A stretch of DNA of 24,000 nt from Promethearchaeia archaeon (GCA_029856045.1 JAHQWG010000016.1:227921-251920); one strand, 5' to 3'; shown: positions 1 to 9,807, counted from the first letter of the stretch. The notes: generated by a model from the sequence alone, not told the origin. Numbers and translations: made by a program.

Positions 1-16
1 TTCATTAAAAATTATT

Positions 17-1291
17 TTATTCGATTAATTTATTATAGATTTTAAATATTTTTTCAGATACATGACTCCATAAATACTTCTTATCCTTTATTTTCTGATA
101 TCCTGCTTTGCCAATTTGTCTAGCATATTTTTTATTTTTCAAAAGATATAATATTTTACTGCAAATTTCTTCAGTATTATCAAATTCTACTAATAACCCA
201 TTTTTTCCATTATCAATAACCTCTGGAGTGCTTCCAATATTGGCACCTATAACAGGTTTCTTGAATACCCAAGCTTCTAAAAATGATATGCCAAAAGCAT
301 CTGAGCGGGAAGGCATAACATAGATATCACATTCTCTAAATGCAGATATTTTTTTTGTATCAAAATAACCTTTCAAATTTGAAGGTGTCAAATTAACGAT
401 AAATTTATTTTTAAGTTTTTTAACCTTTTTTAACTCTCTATTAAAAGCCTCAGTGCTGGGACCAATAAATGTAAAAATTATATTTTTCTTTTTTTTTAAA
501 ATTAATGGAATTGCTTTAAGAAGAGAGATTGCTCCTTTTTCAAAATTTTTATTCCCGCAAAAAAAAATCATTGGAAATTTTTGTTGGTTATTACCAAAAA
601 AAGTCCTTTTAAAATTAATTTTTTTACACTTTTCATAATATTTCAAATCTATACCCATAGGAACAACTTCAATTTTATCCGATTTTATCCTCTTTTCTAT
701 TAAATACTTTCTTTCTAAATAAGTGCAGCAAATAATCAAATCAAATTTCTTTAGAAGTTCAATAAAATTTGAATTTTGATATCTAGGATTTTTAAAGTGA
801 AAAAATGGAGTGCATATTGTTGGAATACTCCACATTTTACCCAAAATAAGACTTAATACAATATTAGAATATGGAAAATAAGTAGTGTGTATCAATTCAT
901 AATAATATTTAATTTCGTTTTCACAAAAATCTAAAACTTGGCAAATATTAGGACCATTATTAAGAAAAGTTTTCAATACATCTCGAGAGATGTTTAAATC
1001 TTGATAATATTTGTTCTTCTCTATGATGTCGATTTGTTTTTCGATTATTAAATCATAAGTAATAGGAAAACGCTTAATCTTCAAACCATTTATGTTGTTA
1101 TAATCTCGATTATTTCGAGATATTTTCTTTCCTTTTGGATTTTTTAAAGCTGAAAAATCAAGAGCATCTGAACATAATATATCGATTTCACAACCGAAAT
1201 TTTTAATTAAAATCTCAGAAATCCTTTTAAAGTATAATTCTGCACCTGAAATCGCCGGAAAATATCTCGTTGGCAAATGTAAAACACGCAC
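17..1291 (-). CDS. GT4-type (GT-B fold) glycosyltransferase
   Basis: 424 aa ORF; N-terminal MRVLHLPTRYFPAISGAELYFKRI, C-terminal donor-binding motif SDAFGISFLEAWVFKKPVIGANIGSTPEVIDNGKNGLLV typical of glycosyltransferase group 1. Confidence 0.93.
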   Translation of the reverse strand: MRVLHLPTRYFPAISGAELYFKRISEILIKNFGCEIDILCSDALDFSALKNPKGKKISRNNRDYNNINGLKIKRFPITYDLIIEKQIDIIEKNKYYQDLNISRDVLKTFLNNGPNICQVLDFCENEIKYYYELIHTTYFPYSNIVLSLILGKMWSIPTICTPFFHFKNPRYQNSNFIELLKKFDLIICCTYLERKYLIEKRIKSDKIEVVPMGIDLKYYEKCKKINFKRTFFGNNQQKFPMIFFCGNKNFEKGAISLLKAIPLILKKKKNIIFTFIGPSTEAFNRELKKVKKLKNKFIVNLTPSNLKGYFDTKKISAFRECDIYVMPSRSDAFGISFLEAWVFKKPVIGANIGSTPEVIDNGKNGLLVEFDNTEEICSKILYLLKNKKYARQIGKAGYQKIKDKKYLWSHVSEKIFKIYNKLIE

Positions 1292-1411
1292 TATTAATAA
1301 ACATCCGCAATTTTTAATAATCTGATTAATAATTAATTTTCTTTCTTGAGATTAAAATTTATTTTACTAAAAAACTATGGACTTTTTAAGACTTTTTAAA
1401 ATTAAAATGTT

Positions 1412-3208
1412 GTGAAAGCAAAAAAACTTGGATCAGATGAGATAATTCAAGCAGAAAGTTTGAAGTTTGCAAAATATTTATCGAACAATATGAATCAAGA
1501 ACAAATAAATCATACTATAAGAGATTCCCCATTCCAAGAGTTTAAATCATTACCAAAATTATTTAAAGATAAATCAAATCATCCTAATAATACGATCCTT
1601 CGAATTTATTCTATACTTTTATCTTCCTTCAAAAATTCTTCGTTTAAAATTATACAATTTCCTTTTATTAAAACCCCATCTTTCATTTTTATTATTCATG
1701 GCAAGATTTTCCATAAAAACAGGATAATATTTAGAGCTTTTGGAAAAGGATTAACAATTGCGTTATCAATGGCTAGTCTTTACGGAGAATTTATTGAAAG
1801 AATTCAAGCAGGGTTTTTTTTTTCCCAAAATCCTTACAAACCTCGGGTTATCCCTTATTATGAACCAAGTAATTCTAAAATAATTACAGAGCAAATGAAA
1901 AAACTCAATTTTCAAGATTTTTTACCTCTTTTTAAAGAAAAATGCTATCCATTTGTAGAGAAATTACTACCTTCTGAAAAAGAATTATTATATTACTGCC
2001 CTTATCAAGATTTAACCTCTAAAAAAATTACCTGGATAATGACTAGGGTGAATAGATTCACTACTGGATTTGCAAGCGGAAATTCCTACGAGGAAGCACT
2101 TGTACAAGCATTTTGTGAAATTATTGAACGTTATTCTTCATTTATGGTTTTAAAAAATCAAATTAAATTGCCAACAATTCCTAACCATAAATTATCTTCA
2201 CAGATTCAAAATATCATTAAAAAATTCGAGCAAGAAGGCATACAGATTATAATTAAAGATGCTTCTCTTGATTTGAATATTCCTTCCGTTGCAGTATTAT
2301 TTATTTTTGAAAAAAGAAAATCAAAAAGATTCTTAATTACTTTTGGCGTCGCTTCTTCTCTAGATGTTGCAGTAGAACGATGCCTCGGCGAAGCTGAACA
2401 AGATGCAAATAGTATAACAACACGTAGTATATTTAATCACCAATATTGTCGTTCAATTATTAACCTATACAACACATTTCCGCATTTAAAGAAGATTTTA
2501 CCTCTTAGGGATTATTTTGGTGAATCTTACGCACAAAATAACTTTTACCCTTCTGAATATGTAGAATTTTTAAAAGAGGATTATGGAGCCCCTGAATATG
2601 AAGAATTTTATAAAATTGATTTATTGGATGAAATTAATTATATTTTTCATTTCCTAGGTAAAAAGGGTTATCGAATTTACATGAAAGATTGTAACTGGTT
2701 AGGTTTTCCTTGCATAAAACTTTTTATACCAGAATTAAATGTTGGTTACGGCCAATTGATTAAATATTCTAATTTTAAGTTCGAGAAATTTAAACAGAAA
2801 TTATTAACTAACTTTTCTGATATTACTAAGGATGATTTAAAAATTTTGGATACTCCTGAATTCATCTTATTGCTTTCTCATTTAAAAACTTTAAATAGTT
2901 TTTTTCAGATTGATTGTGAAAGTTTAGAGCGATATAGTTCGTGGAAGTTTTTTGGACTATTGGCATTTGCACTAAATCGTGAAAAATTAGCAATAAAATA
3001 TCTCAAACAGGTTGCACTTTCAGTTCCAAAATCTAAAAATAAAAAGGAAATACTTTCTGAATTAGGAATAATTCTTCCAAATTGCCAACAAAAATCATGT
3101 GAATCTTGTAGATTTAAAAGAGAATGCAAATTTCCTATTCTAAAAGATTTTGAATCAACGGTTGTAAAGGAATTTCCAAATCATTTACGCAGATTAGAAG
3201 AAATATAG
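1412..3208 (+). CDS. YcaO-domain protein (ATP-dependent cyclodehydratase/thioamidation family) with a C-terminal Cys cluster
   Basis: 598 aa; YcaO ATP-binding signatures GKGLTIALSMASLYGEFIERIQAG and TTGFASGNSYEEALVQAFCEIIERYS; C-terminus CQQKSCESCRFKRECKFP. Confidence 0.88.
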   Translation: MKAKKLGSDEIIQAESLKFAKYLSNNMNQEQINHTIRDSPFQEFKSLPKLFKDKSNHPNNTILRIYSILLSSFKNSSFKIIQFPFIKTPSFIFIIHGKIFHKNRIIFRAFGKGLTIALSMASLYGEFIERIQAGFFFSQNPYKPRVIPYYEPSNSKIITEQMKKLNFQDFLPLFKEKCYPFVEKLLPSEKELLYYCPYQDLTSKKITWIMTRVNRFTTGFASGNSYEEALVQAFCEIIERYSSFMVLKNQIKLPTIPNHKLSSQIQNIIKKFEQEGIQIIIKDASLDLNIPSVAVLFIFEKRKSKRFLITFGVASSLDVAVERCLGEAEQDANSITTRSIFNHQYCRSIINLYNTFPHLKKILPLRDYFGESYAQNNFYPSEYVEFLKEDYGAPEYEEFYKIDLLDEINYIFHFLGKKGYRIYMKDCNWLGFPCIKLFIPELNVGYGQLIKYSNFKFEKFKQKLLTNFSDITKDDLKILDTPEFILLLSHLKTLNSFFQIDCESLERYSSWKFFGLLAFALNREKLAIKYLKQVALSVPKSKNKKEILSELGIILPNCQQKSCESCRFKRECKFPILKDFESTVVKEFPNHLRRLEEI

Positions 3209-3239
3209 TTGGAGAAGCAATCTTAAAATTTCAATAATT

Positions 3240-3671
3240 ATGAAAAAATTTTTAAATTTTATCTACCCGATATTTTTAATGAGATATACTTTTAATTCCC
3301 TTTTAAAAAAAATTGAAGAAAAGAGTGAATTAACGGCGGATATAATAGAGGAATTAAAAGAACTTTTTCCAGATAAAATCGAAAAAACCTTAGAAATTTT
3401 GAAAAAAGGAATAATCCAATATACTTTTTCCCCTTCGGGAAGAAAAATATGGGCAGTAGTTGGTAGTAAAAATGATTTACATCTCATTTATCCTAGTTTA
3501 TATTGCGACTGCATCGATTTCTACAAGAGTGTAGTTATAACTAGAAGAAATACTTTATGTAAACACATCTTAGCACAATTAATCTCCTTCAGTTTGAAAA
3601 ATTTTGAGTTAGTTTCTTTAAATGATAAGGATTTCAGTAAATTTTTAAAACAATTTAAAGTTAAGATTTAA
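3240..3671 (+). CDS. SWIM-type zinc finger protein
   Basis: 143 aa; CDCIDFYKSVVITRRNTLCKHIL fits the SWIM CxCx(n)CxH pattern; starts 31 nt after the YcaO stop on the same strand. Confidence 0.75.
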   Translation: MKKFLNFIYPIFLMRYTFNSLLKKIEEKSELTADIIEELKELFPDKIEKTLEILKKGIIQYTFSPSGRKIWAVVGSKNDLHLIYPSLYCDCIDFYKSVVITRRNTLCKHILAQLISFSLKNFELVSLNDKDFSKFLKQFKVKI

Positions 3672-4303
3672 ATCTCTAATATCTCTGCTTCCTTTATTGA
3701 TTTATTAATTAATGATAAAATTGGAATATTTTTTTCTGATTCCTCAATTACTGGAACTTTGGCATGGGTTTCGGGGAATTCTGGAAAATATGTGCAAAAA
3801 TCTGATTTCTCTGAGCAAATTTCATATAAACCTATCTTTCTACTAATTTTCATTACTTCTAATTTATCAAAACCAATTAGTGGTCTTAAAATAGTAGTGT
3901 TTCTCACTATTGATTGATAAGAAAAAATATTATCAAGGGTTTGACTCGCTTGTTCTCCTAAAATATCACCCGTAACTAGTAAGTTTGTTCCTTCTATTTG
4001 ACCAATCTTAGAACCTACTCGATACATAAATCGTTTGCATAAAATACATGTGAGTTTTCTTTCACAATTTTCTTTAAATAATATTAAATTTGAATTTTGA
4101 TCAATAAAATAGACTTTTAAATTTTTTTCGATATAAGTGGAAAGGATTTTGACAATTTTAAGTATTTTTTCTTTAAATTTATCAATATTTTCATAATTTG
4201 TAATAAATGAAACACAAACTGGGAGAAAGCCTTGTTTTATCATCAAATAGGTTGCAACAGGAGAATCAAATCCTCCGGAGATTAAACTGATAATTTTTTT
4301 CAT
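3668..4303 (-). CDS. Stand-alone PP-loop protein resembling the catalytic part of ThiI (tRNA 4-thiouridine / thiazole sulfurtransferase)
   Basis: 211 aa; N-terminal PP-loop SGGFDSPVATYLM; CILCKRFMYRVG..LLVTGDILGEQASQTLDNI and RPLIGFDKLEVMKISRKIG match ThiI-like PP-loop domains; no THUMP domain in the ORF. Confidence 0.85.
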   Translation of the reverse strand: MKKIISLISGGFDSPVATYLMIKQGFLPVCVSFITNYENIDKFKEKILKIVKILSTYIEKNLKVYFIDQNSNLILFKENCERKLTCILCKRFMYRVGSKIGQIEGTNLLVTGDILGEQASQTLDNIFSYQSIVRNTTILRPLIGFDKLEVMKISRKIGLYEICSEKSDFCTYFPEFPETHAKVPVIEESEKNIPILSLINKSIKEAEILEI

Positions 4304-4905
4304 ACTCTAATTTCAACCCTTTCCCATTGTTTTAGATATTTATTGAAATTTATGTTTGAAATTTTCCTAAATATTTTAATCTTATTTGAACTCTCTAATT
4401 CTTTTAATTTTAACATAATACTCTTGTTTCTATTTAGATGTTCTTGTGCATATATATATTCGTGAGGAAAGATTTTTTTAATTTGCTCAAAATCAATATT
4501 GCATAAATTATCATAGTTTTCAATGACCCATTTACATAAAGGATCTATGCTAATTTTAAAATTAAACGCATCTTCTTGCTTAATCGCCAATGGATATGCC
4601 CGACACGTCAAAGGTTTTACATCATGGACTTGGCATTTATTATCAATATGAAAGGGACATTGCTTTCTTTCATTATCTAACCTAATTCTCCATGTAACCA
4701 CTAAAATTTTTTGATTTTTTTCATCAGGAAAAACTAAATCTTCAATTATCTTAAAAGAAGCATTATTCTTTTTTGCAATTTCAATTAATTTATCTGCTTC
4801 ATCTGGATAAAGTGGAATCCTTTTATAAGTAGGATATTCGATTATCCCAGGTACCTCTGAGCAACAAGTACCGCAATTTTTGCATCTATACTTTAACTCT
4901 TTCAT
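4300..4905 (-). CDS. YkgJ-type Cys-cluster protein (putative zinc/iron-chelating domain)
   Basis: 201 aa; YRCKNCGTCCSEVPG, CPFHIDNKCQVHDVKPLTCRAYP, CKW; overlaps the next gene by 4 nt, suggesting an operon with the PP-loop gene. Confidence 0.85.
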   Translation of the reverse strand: MKELKYRCKNCGTCCSEVPGIIEYPTYKRIPLYPDEADKLIEIAKKNNASFKIIEDLVFPDEKNQKILVVTWRIRLDNERKQCPFHIDNKCQVHDVKPLTCRAYPLAIKQEDAFNFKISIDPLCKWVIENYDNLCNIDFEQIKKIFPHEYIYAQEHLNRNKSIMLKLKELESSNKIKIFRKISNINFNKYLKQWERVEIRV

Positions 4906-5076
4906 TAAATATCATCTTAGAAACATTATTTTGCATACTTAAATATTATGTTGGTATTTTTGTAAAGTTATTTTAAATCTTATCTGAATACTCTCTTCGA
5001 TATTACATCATTTAAATAAGAATAGTTATAGCATTAATTTTAGATAGAATCGTTTTTTTAAAGGTAAAATAAAAAT

Positions 5077-5883
5077 ATGAGAGATTTTAGAATTATTCAG
5101 CATATCAACCTCTCACTGGATTCATTAAAAGATCCTATTTGTCTCCTCGGTATGCCTGGCATAGCCGATGTAGGCAAGTTCGCAATCGATCAAATCATTG
5201 GTCTCTTAAAGGCAAAACCATATTTAGAAATTATATTTAATGATTATCCAGCAGGAGCTATCGTTGATGATAGTATATTATCTGCCCCTAAAGCAGAAAT
5301 AATGTTTTGGAAGGATCCAAACAATATAAGAGATCTTTTGTTAATTACTGCTGATTCCCAAGCACTTAATCCCAAGGGAATTTATAAAATATCAGATTTT
5401 ATAGCAAGTCTAATGTATAAATTTAGAATAAAATTAATAATTTCTCTCGGAGCTTTTCCAACTAATAGTCCATCAAAATCTCCTTCGATATTTTTTAGTA
5501 CAACAAATAAAGATTTTATTGATCAATTTATCAAGGACGGAAAATGTAAAAAGATTAAAAAAGGAGTTATCGTTGGAGCGAATGGTTTAATTCCCACATT
5601 AGTAAAAGCCAGATTTAATATTGATGGAATTGTATTTTTAGCAGAAACCGATAATATTGCGGTAATTAATGATGAGATTACAGACTTGAAGGCGTCTATT
5701 ACTTTAATTAATTTATTAAAAGATAACTTTAATTTACCAATTGAAAGAAAATATACATTAGAAAAAATTGATGAGATTACTAAAAATCTACAAATCAAGA
5801 AAGAGAAATTAGAGCGTGATTTAGATAATTTCCACCTAATGGATAAAAATTCCGAAGAAAAAAGGAAATCATTATATATTTAA
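5077..5883 (+). CDS. PAC2-family (proteasome assembly chaperone 2-like) protein
   Basis: 268 aa; PICLLGMPGIADVGKFAIDQIIGLLKA, GAFPTNSPSKSP, VIVGANGLIPTLVKARFNIDGIVFLAET typical of archaeal PAC2 family proteins. Confidence 0.85.
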   Translation: MRDFRIIQHINLSLDSLKDPICLLGMPGIADVGKFAIDQIIGLLKAKPYLEIIFNDYPAGAIVDDSILSAPKAEIMFWKDPNNIRDLLLITADSQALNPKGIYKISDFIASLMYKFRIKLIISLGAFPTNSPSKSPSIFFSTTNKDFIDQFIKDGKCKKIKKGVIVGANGLIPTLVKARFNIDGIVFLAETDNIAVINDEITDLKASITLINLLKDNFNLPIERKYTLEKIDEITKNLQIKKEKLERDLDNFHLMDKNSEEKRKSLYI

Positions 5884-5959
5884 AATATTTATAGAATTTC
5901 TTATTTCTAAATCCAATAGAGTAAAATTTTTTAATAATAAATTATTATTGAATTTAGTT

Positions 5960-6106
5960 ATGTATTATTGTGCAAGAAAAGGTTGCAATAAAGAAGTTAC
6001 TCCTGATGAATTAAAGGCATTGCCTGGCATTAAATGTTCTCACTGTGGATATAGAATCCTTTATAAAAAAAGACCTGGGGTAATTAAACGAATCAAGGCT
6101 AATTAA
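5960..6106 (+). CDS. rpoP: DNA-directed RNA polymerase subunit P (Rpo12)
   Basis: Short ORF not in the supplied track: MYYCARKGCNKEVTPDELKALPGIKCSHCGYRILYKKRPGVIKRIKAN; zinc ribbon C-x4-C...CxxCGYRILYKKRP typical of Rpo12. Confidence 0.9.
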   Translation: MYYCARKGCNKEVTPDELKALPGIKCSHCGYRILYKKRPGVIKRIKAN

Positions 6107-6121
6107 AAATATTAGGATGAT

Positions 6122-7057
6122 TTAATGTTCAATATTAAAATTTAATTTTAATATTAGCTCTTTATACCGAGTTCTTACGGTTGCTTCTGTTATTCCAGCA
6201 ATATCTGCAATTGCTTTTTGGGTGCGACGTTCATCAGTTTGAATTGCAGCGATGTAAAGTGAAGCTGCAGCTAAACCTGTAGGCGCTTTTCCTACAGTAA
6301 TATAATGTTTTTGAGCTAACTGTAGGATTTTTGCAGCTTTATTTTGAGTTCTACCTGATAAACTCAAATCCGCACAAAATCTTGGAATAAAGTCGATTGG
6401 TGATGATACTCTCATATTTCTTATTTTTAATTCTTTTAATATTAATCTATAGCAACGCCCCAACTCTTTTTTTGTAATAGAAGAAAATTCGATAAAATCG
6501 TCTAAAGTCTTTGGTAAACCCTTTATTCTACAAGTAGTGAATAAGGAAGCTGCTAACATAGCTTCAATCGATCGACCCCTTATTAAATTCTTATAAGCCA
6601 TCTTTCTATATACTATCGCAGCCGATTCTTTAATAGAACCTGGCAGATTTAATTGAGAACAATATCTATCTAGTTCATTCATAGCATTTGCCAAATTTCT
6701 ATCAATTGATTTATGTATCCGTGATCTAGTATGCCATTTTCTTAATCTATGAACTTCTGCTTTCATTTTTGGACTAATTTTTTTGCCATGTGCATCTTTA
6801 TCTTTCCAATCTATTGTTGTACTTAATCCTTTATCGTGTAGTGTAAATGTAGAAGGAGCTCCAACTCGAATTTTTTTAGCTTTCTCTTCTGATGAAAACG
6901 CTCTCCAATCTGGTCCGGAATCAATAATTCTTTGATTAATTACTAATCCACAAGTGTTACAAATGATTTCCCCTCTAGATAAATCTGAAATAATCGAGAA
7001 ATTACCACATTCCGGACATTTCTCAAAATTTATCTCGTTTTCATCTTTAGTAGTCAC
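6122..7057 (-). CDS. tfb: Transcription initiation factor B (TFB/TFIIB)
   Basis: 311 aa; zinc ribbon CPECGNFSIISDLSRGEIICNTCGLVI, GPDWRAFSSEE B-reader, two cyclin-like repeats. Confidence 0.97.
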   Translation of the reverse strand: MTTKDENEINFEKCPECGNFSIISDLSRGEIICNTCGLVINQRIIDSGPDWRAFSSEEKAKKIRVGAPSTFTLHDKGLSTTIDWKDKDAHGKKISPKMKAEVHRLRKWHTRSRIHKSIDRNLANAMNELDRYCSQLNLPGSIKESAAIVYRKMAYKNLIRGRSIEAMLAASLFTTCRIKGLPKTLDDFIEFSSITKKELGRCYRLILKELKIRNMRVSSPIDFIPRFCADLSLSGRTQNKAAKILQLAQKHYITVGKAPTGLAAASLYIAAIQTDERRTQKAIADIAGITEATVRTRYKELILKLNFNIEH

Positions 7058-7228
7058 AAAAAGTTAACCCTCAAACCAAGAAATCAACCTATTATTACAA
7101 AAAAAAGAAATAAACACTTTTAAATGTTTGGCTTTTGTTATTGTGTAAATTAATAATTTTCTTTAAAGATTTTGAAGATTTAATATCGACAAAAAATTTA
7201 AATAACTTTTATAGTTTTTAAATATTGA

Positions 7229-7717
7229 ATGACATTAAATTTTTTTAATCGTATTCATGGAAAGCATTGTTTATTAAGGGCTTTTAAAACTGTTTGTCCT
7301 AGATGTAAAAATGATGTGTTCTATTGGGAATGTTCTCATGGATCTAAGGTATTTTTTGAATATCCAATATATGGGCGATTAATCCGACATAAATGTAAAA
7401 AACACTTAAATATAGAAAACTTAAAAAAAAAAAATCATATTGAGGTAAAAATCCCTTTTTTTATAGAAAAAGATAATTTTGGTTGCCCAATTTGCGGAAA
7501 AATTTTTAATAAAAAAAATCAACTTGTTGATCACATAAAACAGTTAAAAAAAAGTGATGAAGCTCATCATAGCTTCTATAATAATAAACTTAATTTTAAG
7601 ACGGAGTCAGAAATATTCAATTATAATTTAACCAAAAATTTAAATGAAAATGATAATAAAAATCATTATAAACCGACTTTCGGTAAGATTACAATTATCA
7701 ATAAAAAATCAAGTTAA
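7229..7717 (+). CDS. Zinc finger protein with a classical-type C2H2 finger
   Basis: 162 aa; CPRCKNDVFYWEC and CPICGKIFNKKNQLVDHIKQLKKSDEAHH (C-x2-C-x12-H-x10-H). Confidence 0.6.
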   Translation: MTLNFFNRIHGKHCLLRAFKTVCPRCKNDVFYWECSHGSKVFFEYPIYGRLIRHKCKKHLNIENLKKKNHIEVKIPFFIEKDNFGCPICGKIFNKKNQLVDHIKQLKKSDEAHHSFYNNKLNFKTESEIFNYNLTKNLNENDNKNHYKPTFGKITIINKKSS

Positions 7718-7807
7718 TATAAAAATAATTACATTAAAAAATTAAAAATTTAATATATTTTAACAAATTTATTTTTAATACAAACAAAAAAATAATTATT
7801 GATTTTT

Positions 7808-8413
7808 ATGTCTATTGATTATGAAGGAATTATATCTGAATTGATGCAAAGAGATCCATCTATAATTGCCATTGCGGTTATAACAGGAGCTCGAGATATT
7901 GTTTATTCAACAGATAATTGGGATATTAGCTCAGATATTAGTAAAGTTTCATCTGCATGGAGTTCAATGAATGCTCAGTTTGTAATGATTTCTGGTGTAA
8001 AATACTCCATGTTACAATGTACTATTGAAAGAATGGTATGTACTAACATAAAAGGGCAGGGACACATTGTTGGGGCTAAGGATGATGAGCATAAAATTAT
8101 TGCATATGTCGAACCCGAAGCGGATATAAATGGTGCTTATATGGATACAGCTCGAACCTTATCTAAACTAAGTTCAAAAACCCCCTATTTGGAAGAAAAT
8201 GCCCGATTAGGAACTTCCCAACCAGTAGCTCCCGTTTCTGGAGGAGAAACTATTGATCCTCAACTAAAAAGTGAAATTACGGCTTTTCTTGATTGGATAA
8301 AAGCCGAAGATGGGCTTTCGGGATATCTAAGTTATTATCTTCAACAAAATAATGCAAATATCATGAGCGAATTGGCAAAAATTTATAATGATTTACGCAA
8401 TATTTGTCAATAA
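7808..8413 (+). CDS. Roadblock/LC7-like domain protein of Asgard type
   Basis: Probable start MSIDYEG at 7808 (the track's ATG is at 7799); IIAIAVITGARDIVYSTDNWDISSDISKVSSAW...SGVKYSMLQCTIERMVCTNIKGQGHIVGAKDDEHKIIAYVEPEAD resembles roadblock-fold proteins expanded in Asgard archaea. Confidence 0.7.
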   Translation: MSIDYEGIISELMQRDPSIIAIAVITGARDIVYSTDNWDISSDISKVSSAWSSMNAQFVMISGVKYSMLQCTIERMVCTNIKGQGHIVGAKDDEHKIIAYVEPEADINGAYMDTARTLSKLSSKTPYLEENARLGTSQPVAPVSGGETIDPQLKSEITAFLDWIKAEDGLSGYLSYYLQQNNANIMSELAKIYNDLRNICQ

Positions 8414-8638
8414 TTGGTATTTAACACAATTTTTTAAGTGAATATACTTGTATTTTCTTTTTTCCTTTAAAATTCTTTTTTAACAATTTCTAATTTTAAA
8501 TTTTTATTATGAAAATAAAAAATTATTTTAATCTCAATGTTTCTTAAATTAAATAAATAGTAATGAAAACAAATTAAGTGGTGAAATCAAATAAAGCTAT
8601 ATATAATTCAAGATAATAAAATCATATCTTCTAAAAAA

Positions 8639-9772
8639 TTGTCTTATGATAATTTTATATTTATATTTGATGCTCAAAATGAAATTGGGGGTTTTTGGAA
8701 AGGTGAATTTGCTGAAGAATTTGATGAAATTTTTGCTAAGGAAATTATAGAAAAAATTATTAAGAAATTTGGTGAATTAGATTTTAGGATTTTCGATACA
8801 TTAGATCCAAAAAATGAAGAAGATAATAATAACAAAATCTTAAAAATTGAAATCTTAAAAAGATTACCTAATAAGACCCTTTGGAAAATTAAAAGAAGAA
8901 TTTCGTCCTTATTTGTATCTAAAAAAATTATATCTAAAATTGGAGAATTTCGTACATTTGATAGTTCATGGAAATGGCGTAGAGACTTATTAAATTTAGA
9001 TAATATTAATAAATTGTCAATTACAAATATATTAATTATGTTTTTTACCATATTCTTTATTTATAATATAGGAATTTTACAATTGTATGATGGAACTCTT
9101 TCTTTTTTGTTTATTATTTTTATTTTATTAGCTTTAACTATAGTTAACTTAATATTTGTTTTATTTCCAATGAGATTTCCTGGAATTATAAAAAAAATAA
9201 TTAATTTAGAAGATAAGGAACATGAAGAGGAAGAAGTCCAGACAAGAAAAATTGAAGAAATAAAGGTCATTAAAGAACCTCTTAAACCATCTGTCCCTAT
9301 CTTACCTTCAGAGCAGAAATTCGAAGTATCGTCAAAACTTCTATCTTTAATTAAATCTAATACTTCATCAAAAAAAAATGAAAAGGAAAAAACAAAAAAA
9401 GAAAAAGAAAAATCATTAGAATCTCTTAAAGATGGAAAATCTGACCTAAAAATCCCAGAAGTTCCAGTAGCTCCTCCAAAACAGATAGTAAAACTCGATT
9501 CCCCCGAAATTTCTCCCGAACTCTTAAAAAAAATAACTAAAGGAGAAACTAAAGAAATAAAATATATGCTTGTTAAATGTGATAGATGTAATAAAATAAT
9601 TGCATTTCCTGTTCCAAAGAAAAAAGTTCTTAAATCAGAATTACCTGTTGTTCCCATTTCATATATTCATGGAAAGGGAAAGGAAAGACACTGTTTAACA
9701 GCTCATGTTGATCATGATTTTGATATTAGACGACGGCGGGTTTCTGATGTTGTATTTGAAGAATTGGAGTAA
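8639..9772 (+). CDS. Uncharacterised membrane protein: N-terminal soluble domain, two predicted TM helices, long charged linker, C-terminal Cys/His domain
   Basis: 377 aa; hydrophobic ITNILIMFFTIFFIYNIGILQLY and LSFLFIIFILLALTIVNLIFVLF; C-terminal KCDRCNKIIAFPVPKKKVLKSELPVVPISYIHGKGKERHCLTAHVDHDFDIRRRRVSD. Confidence 0.7.
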   Translation: MSYDNFIFIFDAQNEIGGFWKGEFAEEFDEIFAKEIIEKIIKKFGELDFRIFDTLDPKNEEDNNNKILKIEILKRLPNKTLWKIKRRISSLFVSKKIISKIGEFRTFDSSWKWRRDLLNLDNINKLSITNILIMFFTIFFIYNIGILQLYDGTLSFLFIIFILLALTIVNLIFVLFPMRFPGIIKKIINLEDKEHEEEEVQTRKIEEIKVIKEPLKPSVPILPSEQKFEVSSKLLSLIKSNTSSKKNEKEKTKKEKEKSLESLKDGKSDLKIPEVPVAPPKQIVKLDSPEISPELLKKITKGETKEIKYMLVKCDRCNKIIAFPVPKKKVLKSELPVVPISYIHGKGKERHCLTAHVDHDFDIRRRRVSDVVFEELE

Positions 9773-9807
9773 TTATGGATAATATATTATACCTTTTAAT
9801 TCCTTCT

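Noticed and set aside
5523-5798. 91 aa minus-strand ORF
   Set aside because: Antisense to the PAC2-family gene; no independent coding signal.
8674-9657. Minus-strand ORFs of 125 and 198 aa
   Set aside because: Shadow ORFs opposite the 8639-9772 coding region; Ser/Phe/Ile-rich antisense translations with no coherent domain.
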